A DNA stretch of 64,000 nucleotides from Candidatus Adlerbacteria bacterium (GTDB lineage: Bacteria > Patescibacteriota > Minisyncoccia > Phycocordibacterales > SBAW01): assembly GCA_029288895.1 (NCBI GenBank), contig JARIGK010000003.1, positions 13,868-77,867 of the forward strand, given 5' to 3'. The notes under the pieces are model-generated. The model was not told the origin of the DNA. It saw nothing but the letters and a program-made list of their open reading frames with translations, and made no database searches. This document shows positions 52,921 through 62,560 of this stretch, in pieces. Position numbers and translations under genes: made by a program. The stretch's first letter is position 1. The number at the start of each line of letters is the position of its first letter.

Positions 52921-53472
52921 TTAAATGCGCTTAATCTGCAAGAAGTCGAGCTCGACAGGCGTTTCGCGGCCGAACATCGACACAAGGACTTTGACCTTGC
53001 CGCGGCTCTCGTCTACCTCGCCCACTTTGCCATCCAATTCCTTGAACGGGCCGTCGACGATGACAACCGAGTCGCCCACTGCAACATCAATCGCGTGTTT
53101 GATCGAACCTTCCTTCTCCTGCATGCGGCCAAGCAGGGTATCGACTTCTTCTTGGCGAAGCGGTACCGGGTTAACACCCGAGCCAACGAAGCCTGTCACT
53201 CGCGGCGTGTTGCGGACCACGAACCACGACTGGTCGTCCACGATCATGTCCACAAGCACGTAGCCTGGGTACACCTTCTCTTCTTCTTCGACGCGGCGGC
53301 CACCTTTGATTTTGACGGTGCGCTCGGTCGGTACGACAACGTTAAAAATTTTGTCCTGGATTGCGAGGCTTTCGATGCGCTGCTTCAAGTTACGCGCAAC
53401 GGCATTCTCGTAGCCTGCGTAGGTGTGGATGGCGTACCATGCGCGCCCGACGCTTGAATCTTGTTTTGCCAT
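52921..53472 (-). CDS. nusG: Transcription factor NusG
   Basis: WYAIHT, YPGYVLV, TPRVTGF, FGRETPVEL. Confidence 0.98.
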   Translation of the reverse strand: MAKQDSSVGRAWYAIHTYAGYENAVARNLKQRIESLAIQDKIFNVVVPTERTVKIKGGRRVEEEEKVYPGYVLVDMIVDDQSWFVVRNTPRVTGFVGSGVNPVPLRQEEVDTLLGRMQEKEGSIKHAIDVAVGDSVVIVDGPFKELDGKVGEVDESRGKVKVLVSMFGRETPVELDFLQIKRI

Positions 53473-53500
53473 GATTACTTAGAAATGAATGGATAAAGAA

Positions 53501-53671
53501 CTAGATAACCTTCTGGATGATGTACGAAAAGAAGTAGTCCAAGAGGCCAAGGTAGATAGCGGTTGCCAAGGACACAGCAATAACCACGAGCGTATAGGTA
53601 ACAGCCTGGCGGCGGGTCGGCCACGACACGTGCTTCATCTCTGCGCGAACGTCTTTGAGATAGGTAAACAT
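53501..53671 (-). CDS. secE: Preprotein translocase subunit SecE
   Basis: Manual translation MFTYLKDVRAEMKHVSWPTRRQ...GLLDYFF (56 aa, below the ORF-track cutoff); upstream of nusG. Confidence 0.95.
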   Translation of the reverse strand: MFTYLKDVRAEMKHVSWPTRRQAVTYTLVVIAVSLATAIYLGLLDYFFSYIIQKVI

Positions 53672-53756
53672 AAGGATTTTTTGCCAATTTTAAAACCCCT
53701 CCCGGGGCTTTGGTATGTGCATATCATACGCCTCTTTACCCCCTCAGTCAAGCAAC

Positions 53757-53784
53757 AAAAAAGCCCCTTGAGTGGGGCTTTTTT
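53757..53784. terminator. Bidirectional terminator
   Basis: AAAAAAGCCCC-loop-GGGGCTTTTTT. Confidence 0.8.
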
Positions 53785-53803
53785 GGGGAACATCTGAGTT
53801 AAT

Positions 53804-54604
53804 TTAGCGGATCTCGTAGGTCACCGAGACATCGTCGGTAACTTTGTTTTGGCCCGTTGAGATAGTTGGCGCAACGGCTGCCATATCTTTTGCCTGTGCG
53901 GTTGCTCCTGCCGAAGAATACATCATCGGCACTGGCATGCCGCCCGAGTTTTCGTTAAAGGCAGTGACTCGGACAATAGAGACGCCAAGCTGCTTTGCCA
54001 ATACATCTGCTTTTGCTTTTGCATCAGCGATAGCTTTGGTGCGCGCATCGGTCTGCACTTTGGTTGGGTCATCGAAGGTAAAGTTCAACCCCGAGACTTC
54101 TGTTGCGCCTTTGCTGCCAACACCTGCAAGCAAGTCCCCTGCTTTTGCTGTATCGCGCACCTTCACCGTTGTGGTCTGGCGCACTTCGTAGCCGCGCAAT
54201 ACTTGGCGGCCGCCCGGGCAGTAGCCATTAGTGCACGCAGTCTGCACGTAGTCGTACTGCGGCTCAATAGAATAATTGCTTGTTTGGATATCTTTTGCAT
54301 CAATACCAGCGCCCTTCAAATAGTCGGTGGTGGCATTTGCTTTCTGCGTCGCATCAGCTTGCGCATCAGCAACTGTTGCTTTGTCCGAGACAACGCTAAA
54401 CGAGAACGTTGCAATGTCTGGCACCGCCACCGCTTCGCCATGGCCCGACACCACAATAGTGTTTGCCGCAGCAATACCTGCGCCCACATAGCGCAAGCCC
54501 ATTACAGCCGCGAGGGCTTGAATTGCTAAAAAGATACCAAGCACAATCACAACGGCAAAAACTGCTTTGCGCAGCTTCTCGCCCGTTGCTCCTTCAAATG
54601 GCAT
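53804..54604 (-). CDS. SIMPL (DUF541) domain protein
   Basis: VSGHGE..AVPDIA, IQTSNYSIEPQY, AIADAKAKA. Confidence 0.9.
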   Translation of the reverse strand: MPFEGATGEKLRKAVFAVVIVLGIFLAIQALAAVMGLRYVGAGIAAANTIVVSGHGEAVAVPDIATFSFSVVSDKATVADAQADATQKANATTDYLKGAGIDAKDIQTSNYSIEPQYDYVQTACTNGYCPGGRQVLRGYEVRQTTTVKVRDTAKAGDLLAGVGSKGATEVSGLNFTFDDPTKVQTDARTKAIADAKAKADVLAKQLGVSIVRVTAFNENSGGMPVPMMYSSAGATAQAKDMAAVAPTISTGQNKVTDDVSVTYEIR

Positions 54605-54658
54605 AAAACGTGAAAAGTTATTAGTAACTAATTAATAGAAACTTCACGGGTGTAGACG

Positions 54659-55348
54659 CTATTGCACCGACTTTATTACCGACTTGATCTGCGCGTACGG
54701 CAATGCACCCGAAACTGGCGCCGCTTTGCCCGTCTTGGTGTTGATGACTATGGTGTACGGCGTGCCCGTGCCCCCTGCCCCTTCTGCCTCCGCGGTGTCT
54801 GCATCAATAACTTTTTGATATGTCGAGTTTGCTATGCACTGGTTGTACTTGGTCATGTCAGCGCCCAATTGTTTTGCAATCGATGCCGAATATGCAGGAG
54901 TGAGTGAAGCCTGGTTGTTAAACACCGTGTCTGCATATTTCCAGAAACCATCATTTCCAAGCTGCGCCGCGATACATTCTGCCGCGTTTGCTGCAGGGTT
55001 TGCCTGCGGGTGGATCGAGGTCAGCGGAAACTCACGGTACACCCATGCGATTTGTCCGTTTGACTCATCAACAATTTTTTTAATCGTTGGGTAAATCAAC
55101 GAGCAGAACGGGCACTGGAAGTCAGAATATTCGACCAAGACAATCGGTGCATTCGGCGAGCCGATGATGTGGTCGTTTGATGACGGCGGGCGGATGCTTG
55201 CCGCAGAGATGTCGGCCTGGCCCGCCACTTGGCCACCTTGTGCTGGAGCAGCAGCGTGGTTGTTGGTCAATACAATAGCGCCCGCGATGATAATGCCGGC
55301 AATAACAATCGCCATGGGCGATGTAAGTTGGAATTTCGTTTCAGACAT
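54659..55348 (-). CDS. DsbA-family thioredoxin-fold protein
   Basis: EYSDFQCPFC, FPL..IHP, GTP. Confidence 0.92.
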   Translation of the reverse strand: MSETKFQLTSPMAIVIAGIIIAGAIVLTNNHAAAPAQGGQVAGQADISAASIRPPSSNDHIIGSPNAPIVLVEYSDFQCPFCSLIYPTIKKIVDESNGQIAWVYREFPLTSIHPQANPAANAAECIAAQLGNDGFWKYADTVFNNQASLTPAYSASIAKQLGADMTKYNQCIANSTYQKVIDADTAEAEGAGGTGTPYTIVINTKTGKAAPVSGALPYAQIKSVIKSVQ

Positions 55349-55363
55349 ATACCAACTATAGCA

Positions 55364-55744
55364 CTAGTTGGTTGAGCTTTTTTTGAGCAAATCGCGGATC
55401 TCTTCGAGGAGCTTTTCTTCGTTGGTCTTTTTTGGCGCCTCAGGGCTACCTTGGAAACGAGTCGTGAGTTTGTTTACTGGCAACACCACGCAGAAATACA
55501 CAACCGTTGCAATGATGACGAATGAGATAAGCGAGTTGATGAAGTCCCCGTAGGGCACTACGACGCCGCGCACGGTAACATCCCATTTTGAAAAATCCGG
55601 TTGATGCACTAATGCCGAAATAAGCGGTGTAAAGAGGTCTTTGACGAGCGCGTTGACGACGGCACTAAATGCAGCACCGACCATAAGACCGACTGCCAAG
55701 TCGACTACATTGCCACGCAAGATAAAGTTTCTAAATCCTTTCAT
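55364..55744 (-). CDS. mscL: Large-conductance mechanosensitive channel
   Basis: FILRGNVVDLAVG, YGDFI, LLEEIRDLL. Confidence 0.96.
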   Translation of the reverse strand: MKGFRNFILRGNVVDLAVGLMVGAAFSAVVNALVKDLFTPLISALVHQPDFSKWDVTVRGVVVPYGDFINSLISFVIIATVVYFCVVLPVNKLTTRFQGSPEAPKKTNEEKLLEEIRDLLKKSSTN

Positions 55745-55757
55745 ACCGTTGTTCTAC

Positions 55758-56204
55758 TTATTTTTGAAGTTTACTAATATCCCCTATCAGCTTCTGGAGA
55801 TCTTTTTGGATTTCTTCCAAGGTCTTGCCCTGCGCTTCGTCGCGGATATCGTCTTGTTTGTCATCCTCTTGGATCTCGTCGATGTCTTCTTGAATTTCGT
55901 CCACGTCCTCCTGAATTTCATCAACGTCCTCCTGGATCTCATCAAGATCCTCCTGGATTTCGTCGATGTCTTCTGCCTGATAATTTATCGTCATCTGGAT
56001 GAAGATAGATAGGTAGATGGCTTCGAGCGAGACAATGGTGGTAAGCACAAGCAGCATACGGTCAAAGGCAACCAAGCCCGTCCATACGGCGGCAAAGCTC
56101 GCAATGAAGAGTACGCTGTGCACAATGATGGACTCCAAAGAACCCACTGAACGGGTCACCATCAATGCAAACTCTTCCAACTGTTCCTTGGGTTTCTTAG
56201 CCAT
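55758..56204 (-). CDS. DUF1003-like membrane protein with an acidic heptad repeat
   Basis: Two TM helices, VSLEAIYLSIFIQM, then five (I/L/V)DEIQED units. Confidence 0.75.
   Translation of the reverse strand: MAKKPKEQLEEFALMVTRSVGSLESIIVHSVLFIASFAAVWTGLVAFDRMLLVLTTIVSLEAIYLSIFIQMTINYQAEDIDEIQEDLDEIQEDVDEIQEDVDEIQEDIDEIQEDDKQDDIRDEAQGKTLEEIQKDLQKLIGDISKLQK
55864..55968 (-). repeat. Five 21-bp tandem repeats encoding (I/L/V)DEIQED
   Basis: Seen directly; units differ mostly at synonymous sites. Confidence 0.9.
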
Positions 56205-56218
56205 ACGCTGTTCTGCAA

Positions 56219-56980
56219 TTATATCTCTATAGCACGCGCTTCCAGCATGAGGAAGAGGGGTATTTCTTTGCGCGCAGTATCTTCGGCTTTTTTACGTGGG
56301 CCTTTTTCGCTCTCTTTGTGTGAGATCCATTCTTCGAGACGTGTTATAGCGAACCCGGCTTTAAACAACGCTTTCGAAAAATCCTGCAATGAGCGGTGGT
56401 GCGACACAGTCGTGGCGCTGTTTTTCTTACCCGGGTGCACGAGGAGTTCGGCGCGGTTGGCAGACAAGTACGAATCGACGCGGCGGTACTGAACATTCTT
56501 TTCTTCATCAAACCCCCAGTGCGTCTCCCCTGGGTTGCGGAAGGCTGGGTGCATCATCACAAGCACAAGCTTCCCTTCCTTCTTCAGTACACGCTTGGCT
56601 TCGGCAAAGACGCCCGCGATATTTTCGATATTTTGTATCGCGAGTACAACTGTTGCCGCATCGAACGTCGCGTCTTTGGCAAAATTCAAATTGTCTGCTT
56701 TGGAAACGTAGTACTGTATCTCTTTTGGAGAAAGTTTCTTTGCTTCGGCAATTAAATTCGTTGAAAGGTCTGCTGCCACGACATCCGCACCCGCTTTCCT
56801 AAACTCACGCGAGAAAAAACCTTGCCCGCACGCAATGTCTATCAGCTTCGTTCCCTGCTTGATGCCAAGCACGCGCACCAAGTTCGGCAAAATCACCTGT
56901 CTTTGATATGTATCTTCCGACTCTTCCAAATAGTTGGAATACCACTCTGCGGAAGAGTCCCATGATGTATTCTTTTTCAT
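56219..56980 (-). CDS. Class I SAM-dependent methyltransferase
   Basis: IDIACGQG motif I, DLS, FD, HPAF. Confidence 0.9.
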   Translation of the reverse strand: MKKNTSWDSSAEWYSNYLEESEDTYQRQVILPNLVRVLGIKQGTKLIDIACGQGFFSREFRKAGADVVAADLSTNLIAEAKKLSPKEIQYYVSKADNLNFAKDATFDAATVVLAIQNIENIAGVFAEAKRVLKKEGKLVLVMMHPAFRNPGETHWGFDEEKNVQYRRVDSYLSANRAELLVHPGKKNSATTVSHHRSLQDFSKALFKAGFAITRLEEWISHKESEKGPRKKAEDTARKEIPLFLMLEARAIEI

Positions 56981-57002
56981 CCTAGGACTTAGTTATACAA
57001 CA

Positions 57003-59045
57003 TTACAGTGCCGCGACATGTATAACCATCGATTTTTCTGAATAATTACCAGCATTGTCATACACACGCAATGTCACTGTCTGGTCGCCAGGGGTTAGGA
57101 ATGGGACCATTAATTCTGTGCCGACAGGCAAGAAAAGGTGCCCGCCTAGGTCGATATAGTAATTTTTTTGAATCCCGCTTCCAGCATCAGATGCGTCAAA
57201 TGAGAAGCGGACAACGTCGCCGACCTTAACCGTAGTATTACTTGCAATAAATGATGTAATCGTCGGCGGCGTTTGATCTACCTGGATTTTATACGTTGCG
57301 GCACGTCCACCCGTGCTTAGCCCAAGATGGAAGTAAAACACTCCATCGCCCGGCGCCTGAAGCACAAGCTCGTTACTCGTCGTACTATATTTGCCCAGCA
57401 GATCAGAGGTGGATTGCTCATCAAAATTATACAAATAGACGCTTCCTGCCTTGCCACGCCAGACAAAACGAATAGCGTTGCTAGAATACCAACGGCTCTG
57501 GTTTGGATGAGAGGGTGAAAATAGGACGAATGTCCTGCCAGGAGTGCTCGTGCCGTGTATGTTCTGGAGCGCCGAGTCGAAGGTATCTACTTTGTAACTG
57601 CTGTCCTGTGACATGCGGAGTACGTTTGTCCCTAGCCCATCATCGGCTAATACTTTTGTCTCGGCTGGATCAAACGAAAGTGAGAATGTTCCTGCACGCA
57701 CTGACTCTGTAACAATGTCCGCAAGAGGCAGTGAATGACGGCCCTCGTCCGATATATTGAGCAGAACACAACTCATGCGCGCCTCACCATGAACTTTGTC
57801 GATAGTATTTTCTATTACGTATGAACAGGTCGAACTCGATACATCGATAGAAACAATTTTTATTGCGGAAGGATCGTACCGAATCCCAAATTGGGCCGCA
57901 TTAATCGACTCGTCGCCAGTATCTACTACTACTTGGAAAGTTTGATCGAACCCTAATGAGTAAATGCCGCTCTCGGGCTGGAATCGGAGCGTGGAGTTGT
58001 ACAAATTGTATGGGACGGGTTTTAGCCGCAGAAAGGTCTGATTTTGGAAACTAATAAATACGAACGAAGCCACCGCCACCGGAATGATAGCCGCCATCAA
58101 CAGTATGTAGTAGCGCCACGTGCGCTCATCGGACTTTGTGGCGCGATGAGCAAAAAGTGCGAGCACCAAAAAGGTTCCAAGTGTAAGAAGTATGATCACA
58201 AACTTAAACCCACTTGTGGGGTCTTGCCGTGGCAAGAAAATCAACACCCCACCAGGGCTTTGTTCGAGGCCTGGAAACACAATGTTTTTTACAAAATAAT
58301 ATTCATTGTTTTTAAAATAGATCGTCTGTTCCGTAGTTCCCTTTTGGATCCAGTCAGAGCCGCTGTTAAAGTACGAAGCAACGAGACTCTTTATTGACGG
58401 GTCTGTAAAACTCGATGCACTCACCCCAAACTCTTTTGTATAAAAAACAACTTGGCTACCAGGCGGCAAATATGCATCGCGTATGTGGGTTGCGTACGCA
58501 TCATTCACGGTGTAGCTCGAAAAGAGCGCACCCCCAAGCTCATCGTTTTTAATAATAGGCAAACCCGTCACAACAACCATTGCCGATGGATTAATACCTA
58601 CCTCGACACTTTGAGGACTCTTTCTTGCTGCAACCGCCCGACCCACCGCAAACCCAAGAAAGACATTGCTGCCTAGATTACTTGCACTTTTTGTACTCCC
58701 TATGAGCACCCCACTGGCATCCGCCACACCGAAGTTGATGGTGCTATATTCGGTTTGTTTTTCTTTGAGCAACTTCAATACACTGTCTGTTTTATTAGAT
58801 AGAAGATCGTCAGCAGCGTCGTGCGACACCGCTTGTGAGGCATTGCGCAGAGTAGTAAATTCGCTTTCAAGCCCCGTATTAAATAACGTCGTCGCGCGTT
58901 CGCCAAGCCACGACGTATACAGCGCCCCACTAAGATGGAAGAAGACGATAAGACCGACGAATACGCCTACCGTTATAAAAAGCGTTTTGAACAAAGATAA
59001 CGCTGTGCGTAGCATATGTCGGTCGTTCCACGAATGGCCTTTCAT
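57003..59045 (-). CDS. Membrane protein with a Cache-like domain, a TM hairpin and cohesin/Ig-like domains
   Basis: TM; VADASGVLI...LPI...GALF; two TM; ESINAAQFGIRYDP...VLADDGLGTNVL; DAGSGI...DNAGN. Confidence 0.6.
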   Translation of the reverse strand: MKGHSWNDRHMLRTALSLFKTLFITVGVFVGLIVFFHLSGALYTSWLGERATTLFNTGLESEFTTLRNASQAVSHDAADDLLSNKTDSVLKLLKEKQTEYSTINFGVADASGVLIGSTKSASNLGSNVFLGFAVGRAVAARKSPQSVEVGINPSAMVVVTGLPIIKNDELGGALFSSYTVNDAYATHIRDAYLPPGSQVVFYTKEFGVSASSFTDPSIKSLVASYFNSGSDWIQKGTTEQTIYFKNNEYYFVKNIVFPGLEQSPGGVLIFLPRQDPTSGFKFVIILLTLGTFLVLALFAHRATKSDERTWRYYILLMAAIIPVAVASFVFISFQNQTFLRLKPVPYNLYNSTLRFQPESGIYSLGFDQTFQVVVDTGDESINAAQFGIRYDPSAIKIVSIDVSSSTCSYVIENTIDKVHGEARMSCVLLNISDEGRHSLPLADIVTESVRAGTFSLSFDPAETKVLADDGLGTNVLRMSQDSSYKVDTFDSALQNIHGTSTPGRTFVLFSPSHPNQSRWYSSNAIRFVWRGKAGSVYLYNFDEQSTSDLLGKYSTTSNELVLQAPGDGVFYFHLGLSTGGRAATYKIQVDQTPPTITSFIASNTTVKVGDVVRFSFDASDAGSGIQKNYYIDLGGHLFLPVGTELMVPFLTPGDQTVTLRVYDNAGNYSEKSMVIHVAAL

Positions 59046-59719
59046 ACCCTATTCTTTTTATTTAAAAAAGCATCGAGGTACATGAGCGGTGTGCCGACAA
59101 GCATAGCAAGTGACTTAATTAACCACCCTGCCAGAATAAGCTGAAGCAGCATGCCCCCGCTCGCATCAAAAAATGTAATGGTAAAGAAGAACAAACTATC
59201 AATCATCTGGGCAACAATGCTTGCAGCGTTTACACGAAGCCAAAGATATTTCCCTTTAAAGCGCTCGTACAAATAATGATAGATAGATATGTTTATATAC
59301 TGTGCGAAAATAAAAGCGACGAAACTGCCTAGGATGGAGTGTGGTGCAAACGTGACGAGTACGGAAATTGCACTGTTAATTGCAGCGCTTGCTGCAAGTC
59401 CTGGGGTCTGCGCAGCAATTTGAGACACAAGGTAGAAAAATGCCAGCACAAAACAGCCGAAGTAGATCGTCTGGAGCGCGGCTTTTTTGCCGTGCCGTTC
59501 ATATATCAAGTACGTAGCAAAAAATATCGACGCATAAAATATATTGCCTATATTCGTTGTTACCCCAAACTGCGAGATGATTTTTGCGCCGAAAAATCCG
59601 ATAAGTAAAAAGTTTATCGCAATAGTGCCATAGAGCCACTGCGCCCCTATGCGCGCAGCAAGGAGGACGAGCGAAAGGTCAACTACTGAGCGGGCAAGAA
59701 ACAGCGCCTCTACTGGCAT
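59042..59719 (-). CDS. Queuosine precursor transporter (YhhQ/VUT family)
   Basis: KII...NIGNIFY, E.HGKK.A, LWLR..AS..AQMIDS.FF, K...TP..Y. Confidence 0.82.
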   Translation of the reverse strand: MPVEALFLARSVVDLSLVLLAARIGAQWLYGTIAINFLLIGFFGAKIISQFGVTTNIGNIFYASIFFATYLIYERHGKKAALQTIYFGCFVLAFFYLVSQIAAQTPGLAASAAINSAISVLVTFAPHSILGSFVAFIFAQYINISIYHYLYERFKGKYLWLRVNAASIVAQMIDSLFFFTITFFDASGGMLLQLILAGWLIKSLAMLVGTPLMYLDAFLNKKNRV

Positions 59720-59829
59720 ACCATAAGTATACCGTTACTTTGCGAGGGATTGGTTCTGCTGCGTTGAAGCTCAGAGGCTTAGAGAATTGGCTTGTTTCTC
59801 CAAGGAAGCAACAGAAAGTAAAAAACCCT

Positions 59830-60576
59830 TTAGTGAGCAGTTACAGAAGCTCTGCACGGACTTCCTGCCCCGCCAGGTCCTCCAACATAGAGTGTAATTG
59901 GAGAAATGCCTGCATCTTTTATAACAACCGTTTTCGATCCCTGTGTAACCGTAGGAGCGTAATCCATTTGCGTCAAAATATCATCGTTGCCTCCTGGAGT
60001 ATCAATTCCCCAACTTGCACTAGTAGCATTCTCAGAATTCCAAGCGACCGTCACTTTGCCACCGACAGCAACGACAGGTGGCGTAATACTTAAAGTGCAG
60101 GTTGCAACTGGTGGCAGCATCGATATTTTTAATATTCCACTCGTCAGGAGTGCGTGTGAATCTCCATCATAAAGACCTACGGAATAATCACCGTTTGAAA
60201 AGTCGTAGCCGCGGTAGCCCGTAATTGGAACCATGGTCCAGTGGCCGTTTTTAATTTCAATAGCTTTGTCTGAACTTCGTGCAACATATTCCGGCGCATA
60301 TGCATCCCATGATGGGGTTGAATCCCCTTTAACAACAATCAGTACTAGATTTGATGTGTTCGATACCGTTCCCGTAAGAGCTGGAGTTAGCACTGACTGA
60401 GAAAGTGTTTTTTGATCAATCGTTGCAGAAGGTGTTGATCTTGCGGTTGTAGAAACAGAACCCTGAAACGTTGGCGCTTTATGCAACATGTAGTATGTTC
60501 CTGTTCCCATTCCAAGGATTAAAACTATTCCTAGCAAAATTGGAAGCCACGCAAAGCCCTTTTGAAAATTATTCAT
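59830..60576 (-). CDS. Membrane-anchored hypothetical protein with a pilin-like N-terminus
   Basis: QKGF followed by a hydrophobic helix; Ig-like C-terminus. Confidence 0.7.
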   Translation of the reverse strand: MNNFQKGFAWLPILLGIVLILGMGTGTYYMLHKAPTFQGSVSTTARSTPSATIDQKTLSQSVLTPALTGTVSNTSNLVLIVVKGDSTPSWDAYAPEYVARSSDKAIEIKNGHWTMVPITGYRGYDFSNGDYSVGLYDGDSHALLTSGILKISMLPPVATCTLSITPPVVAVGGKVTVAWNSENATSASWGIDTPGGNDDILTQMDYAPTVTQGSKTVVIKDAGISPITLYVGGPGGAGSPCRASVTAH

Positions 60577-60781
60577 TGGCTTAAATATATCAGCTAAAAA
60601 CCTTGGGGTGCCTTACGCTTCAAAACTCAAAACCAATGCTGGATTGACTGAAAGAGATTGGTTCTACGGCGTTGAAGTTTCGTGGCTTTCAGAATATGGC
60701 GGAATTTCAACAGAGGCAACTGGGAGACAAAATTTAATAACTCTTGTATAGTCCAGTCGGATTCACAAACAGGAGGTTGCC

Positions 60782-61072
60782 ATGCAAACTGACTTCCCCA
60801 CAGTGGAGATTTACTTCGCTTTCGCGTTCACCTATTGCAAGCTCAGGGTGTACAAACTCCAAGAGTCTTTCATCCGTAAAGTGCTCACTGCACGCAAGGT
60901 CGAGTTCCTTAAAAAGGAGGACTCTCAGGGTTGGCAGGAGGTCGATACACGCCTGTTGCTCGACATGGTCAGTGAGGCCCTTCCTAAACTGCTGGAAGAC
61001 GCCGGGCTGACTGGCTCTCTGCTTGCAGGAATCAAAAAATCTCTTGATATCAAATCGATGGACATGGAGTGA
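60782..61072 (+). CDS. Orphan hypothetical protein
   Basis: AGGAGG RBS; 96-aa ORF. Confidence 0.6.
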   Translation: MQTDFPTVEIYFAFAFTYCKLRVYKLQESFIRKVLTARKVEFLKKEDSQGWQEVDTRLLLDMVSEALPKLLEDAGLTGSLLAGIKKSLDIKSMDME

Positions 61073-61076
61073 GAAC

Positions 61077-61274
61077 GTGAGGTGGAAAGGTAACTACCGA
61101 GTAACGAGCCTTCATCAGCCTCAATACGGTCAGACTGGTGAACACTCAGTCGAAGCTTCGACGGCTGAGAGCGCTAAAAGAGAGTTGGCGTTGGCAATCT
61201 CGCGGAAGATCTGGGGCACGACGATGTTCCACTATATCCTCGATATCACCAACGTACGGCAAGACAAGCCTTAA
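61077..61274 (+). CDS. Small hypothetical protein
   Basis: GGAG before GTG; followed by terminator 61273-61305. Confidence 0.45.
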   Translation: MRWKGNYRVTSLHQPQYGQTGEHSVEASTAESAKRELALAISRKIWGTTMFHYILDITNVRQDKP

Positions 61275-61391
61275 GCTACTCCCATTGAGTAGCTTTTCTT
61301 TTTTATTTCTTTGTCCCAACACCGGTTCTAAGACTCATTAGGGTAGTCCCAAAATCTGCTCAAAAACTGTTGCAAAATAACAAACTCTAAA

Positions 61392-61467
61392 TGGGGTGGC
61401 TACAGGGAATCGAACCCTGATTGCGAGTTCCACAAACTCGAGTGTTAACCGTTACACCATAGCCACC
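61392..61467 (-). tRNA. tRNA-His(GTG)
   Basis: Cloverleaf, CGAGT-TTGTGGA-ACTCG anticodon arm, G-1, encoded CCA. Confidence 0.95.
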
Positions 61468-61503
61468 ATATGTAGGAACCGAACAAACCTCGAACGCGGA
61501 CCA

Positions 61504-62514
61504 CTATAGCATTGTACTCGTATTGTTGGAAGAAAGGCGCTTTTGTGCGCGCAAGGACGACAAGTACGCCGCGCCGATAAAGAGGAAGCTCACGGTACCC
61601 GCAACAGCGTCGGGTACTTCCTGGAAGAGCGCTGCAAACATACAGATAGCGAGAGCACCGACGGCCCAGTAGGCGCCGTGCTCCAAGTAGACAAGGGTTG
61701 CGAGTGTTTTTTTCTCGACGAGCAATATCGTAAACGTACGCACGAAGTAGGCACCGAGCCCCAAGCCCACCGTGATGATCAGCAAGTCGGTGGTAAGCGT
61801 AAATGCGCCAACAACGCCGTCGAACGAAAACGCCGCGTCGAGCAAGTTCAAATACAAGAAGAGCGAAAGGCCTTGGCGTGCGATGTTGCCCGCAGTAGCC
61901 GAGCCAAGTACGTCAACGGCACCCTCGACCAAAATAAAGAGGACGATACCGATGGCACCTGCGCCCAAAATTTGGCTGCCATGTTCAGGGATTGCTGCGG
62001 CACATGCAAGCAACGCCACAAGCACGATCGCGACTTCTATTGCCTGCACCCTACCCCAGCTTGAAAGGCGGCGTTCGATAAACCCGAGCCAGTGAACTTT
62101 TTTTGCTTCGTCAAAGAAATATTTAAGCGCCACCATCGCCAAGAATGCACCGCCGAGCGAATGGATAACGGGTGCCGCCCCTTCGACCAAATGTCCGTAT
62201 GCTTCGGGGTTTTCAAATACAAGGAATATAACGGTGAGCGGCGACAATGATGCAGCCAGTGACACGAGTAGCACCGGGAAGATAACACGCGTACCAAACA
62301 CGGCTATAACCATGCCCCACGTCAGAAAGCGGCGGCGCCACACCTCGTCCATCTTCATCAAGATCTTTGCGTTAACAACTGCGTTGTCGAACGAGAGTGA
62401 CACTTCCAAGATCGTCAAAAACGCAACAAGTGTCAGTGCTGCTACCCCGCCCCAGTAATACGTGGCGGCAAATGCAATCGCGGCCAATATAAGCGGGGCA
62501 ATAAAAAGTTTCAT
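61504..62514 (-). CDS. DUF475 / TerC-like membrane protein
   Basis: LEVSLSFDNAVVNA, DAAFSFDGVVGAF, YLEHGAYWA. Confidence 0.88.
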   Translation of the reverse strand: MKLFIAPLILAAIAFAATYYWGGVAALTLVAFLTILEVSLSFDNAVVNAKILMKMDEVWRRRFLTWGMVIAVFGTRVIFPVLLVSLAASLSPLTVIFLVFENPEAYGHLVEGAAPVIHSLGGAFLAMVALKYFFDEAKKVHWLGFIERRLSSWGRVQAIEVAIVLVALLACAAAIPEHGSQILGAGAIGIVLFILVEGAVDVLGSATAGNIARQGLSLFLYLNLLDAAFSFDGVVGAFTLTTDLLIITVGLGLGAYFVRTFTILLVEKKTLATLVYLEHGAYWAVGALAICMFAALFQEVPDAVAGTVSFLFIGAAYLSSLRAQKRLSSNNTSTML

Positions 62515-62560
62515 GCGGTAGAGATATTGTACAGGAAAAAGAAAAAGCGTGGTCTTTCGA

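Noticed and set aside
53475-53797. ORF-track calls 53475-53687 (-) and 53489-53797 (+)
   Set aside because: The true gene is secE in another frame (53501-53671).
55864-55968. CRISPR-like array
   Set aside because: Contiguous in-frame coding repeats without spacers; no cas genes in the window.
59720-59830. preQ1 riboswitch upstream of the YhhQ-like gene
   Set aside because: No recognisable preQ1 stem-loop with A-rich tail, and the gene appears leaderless.
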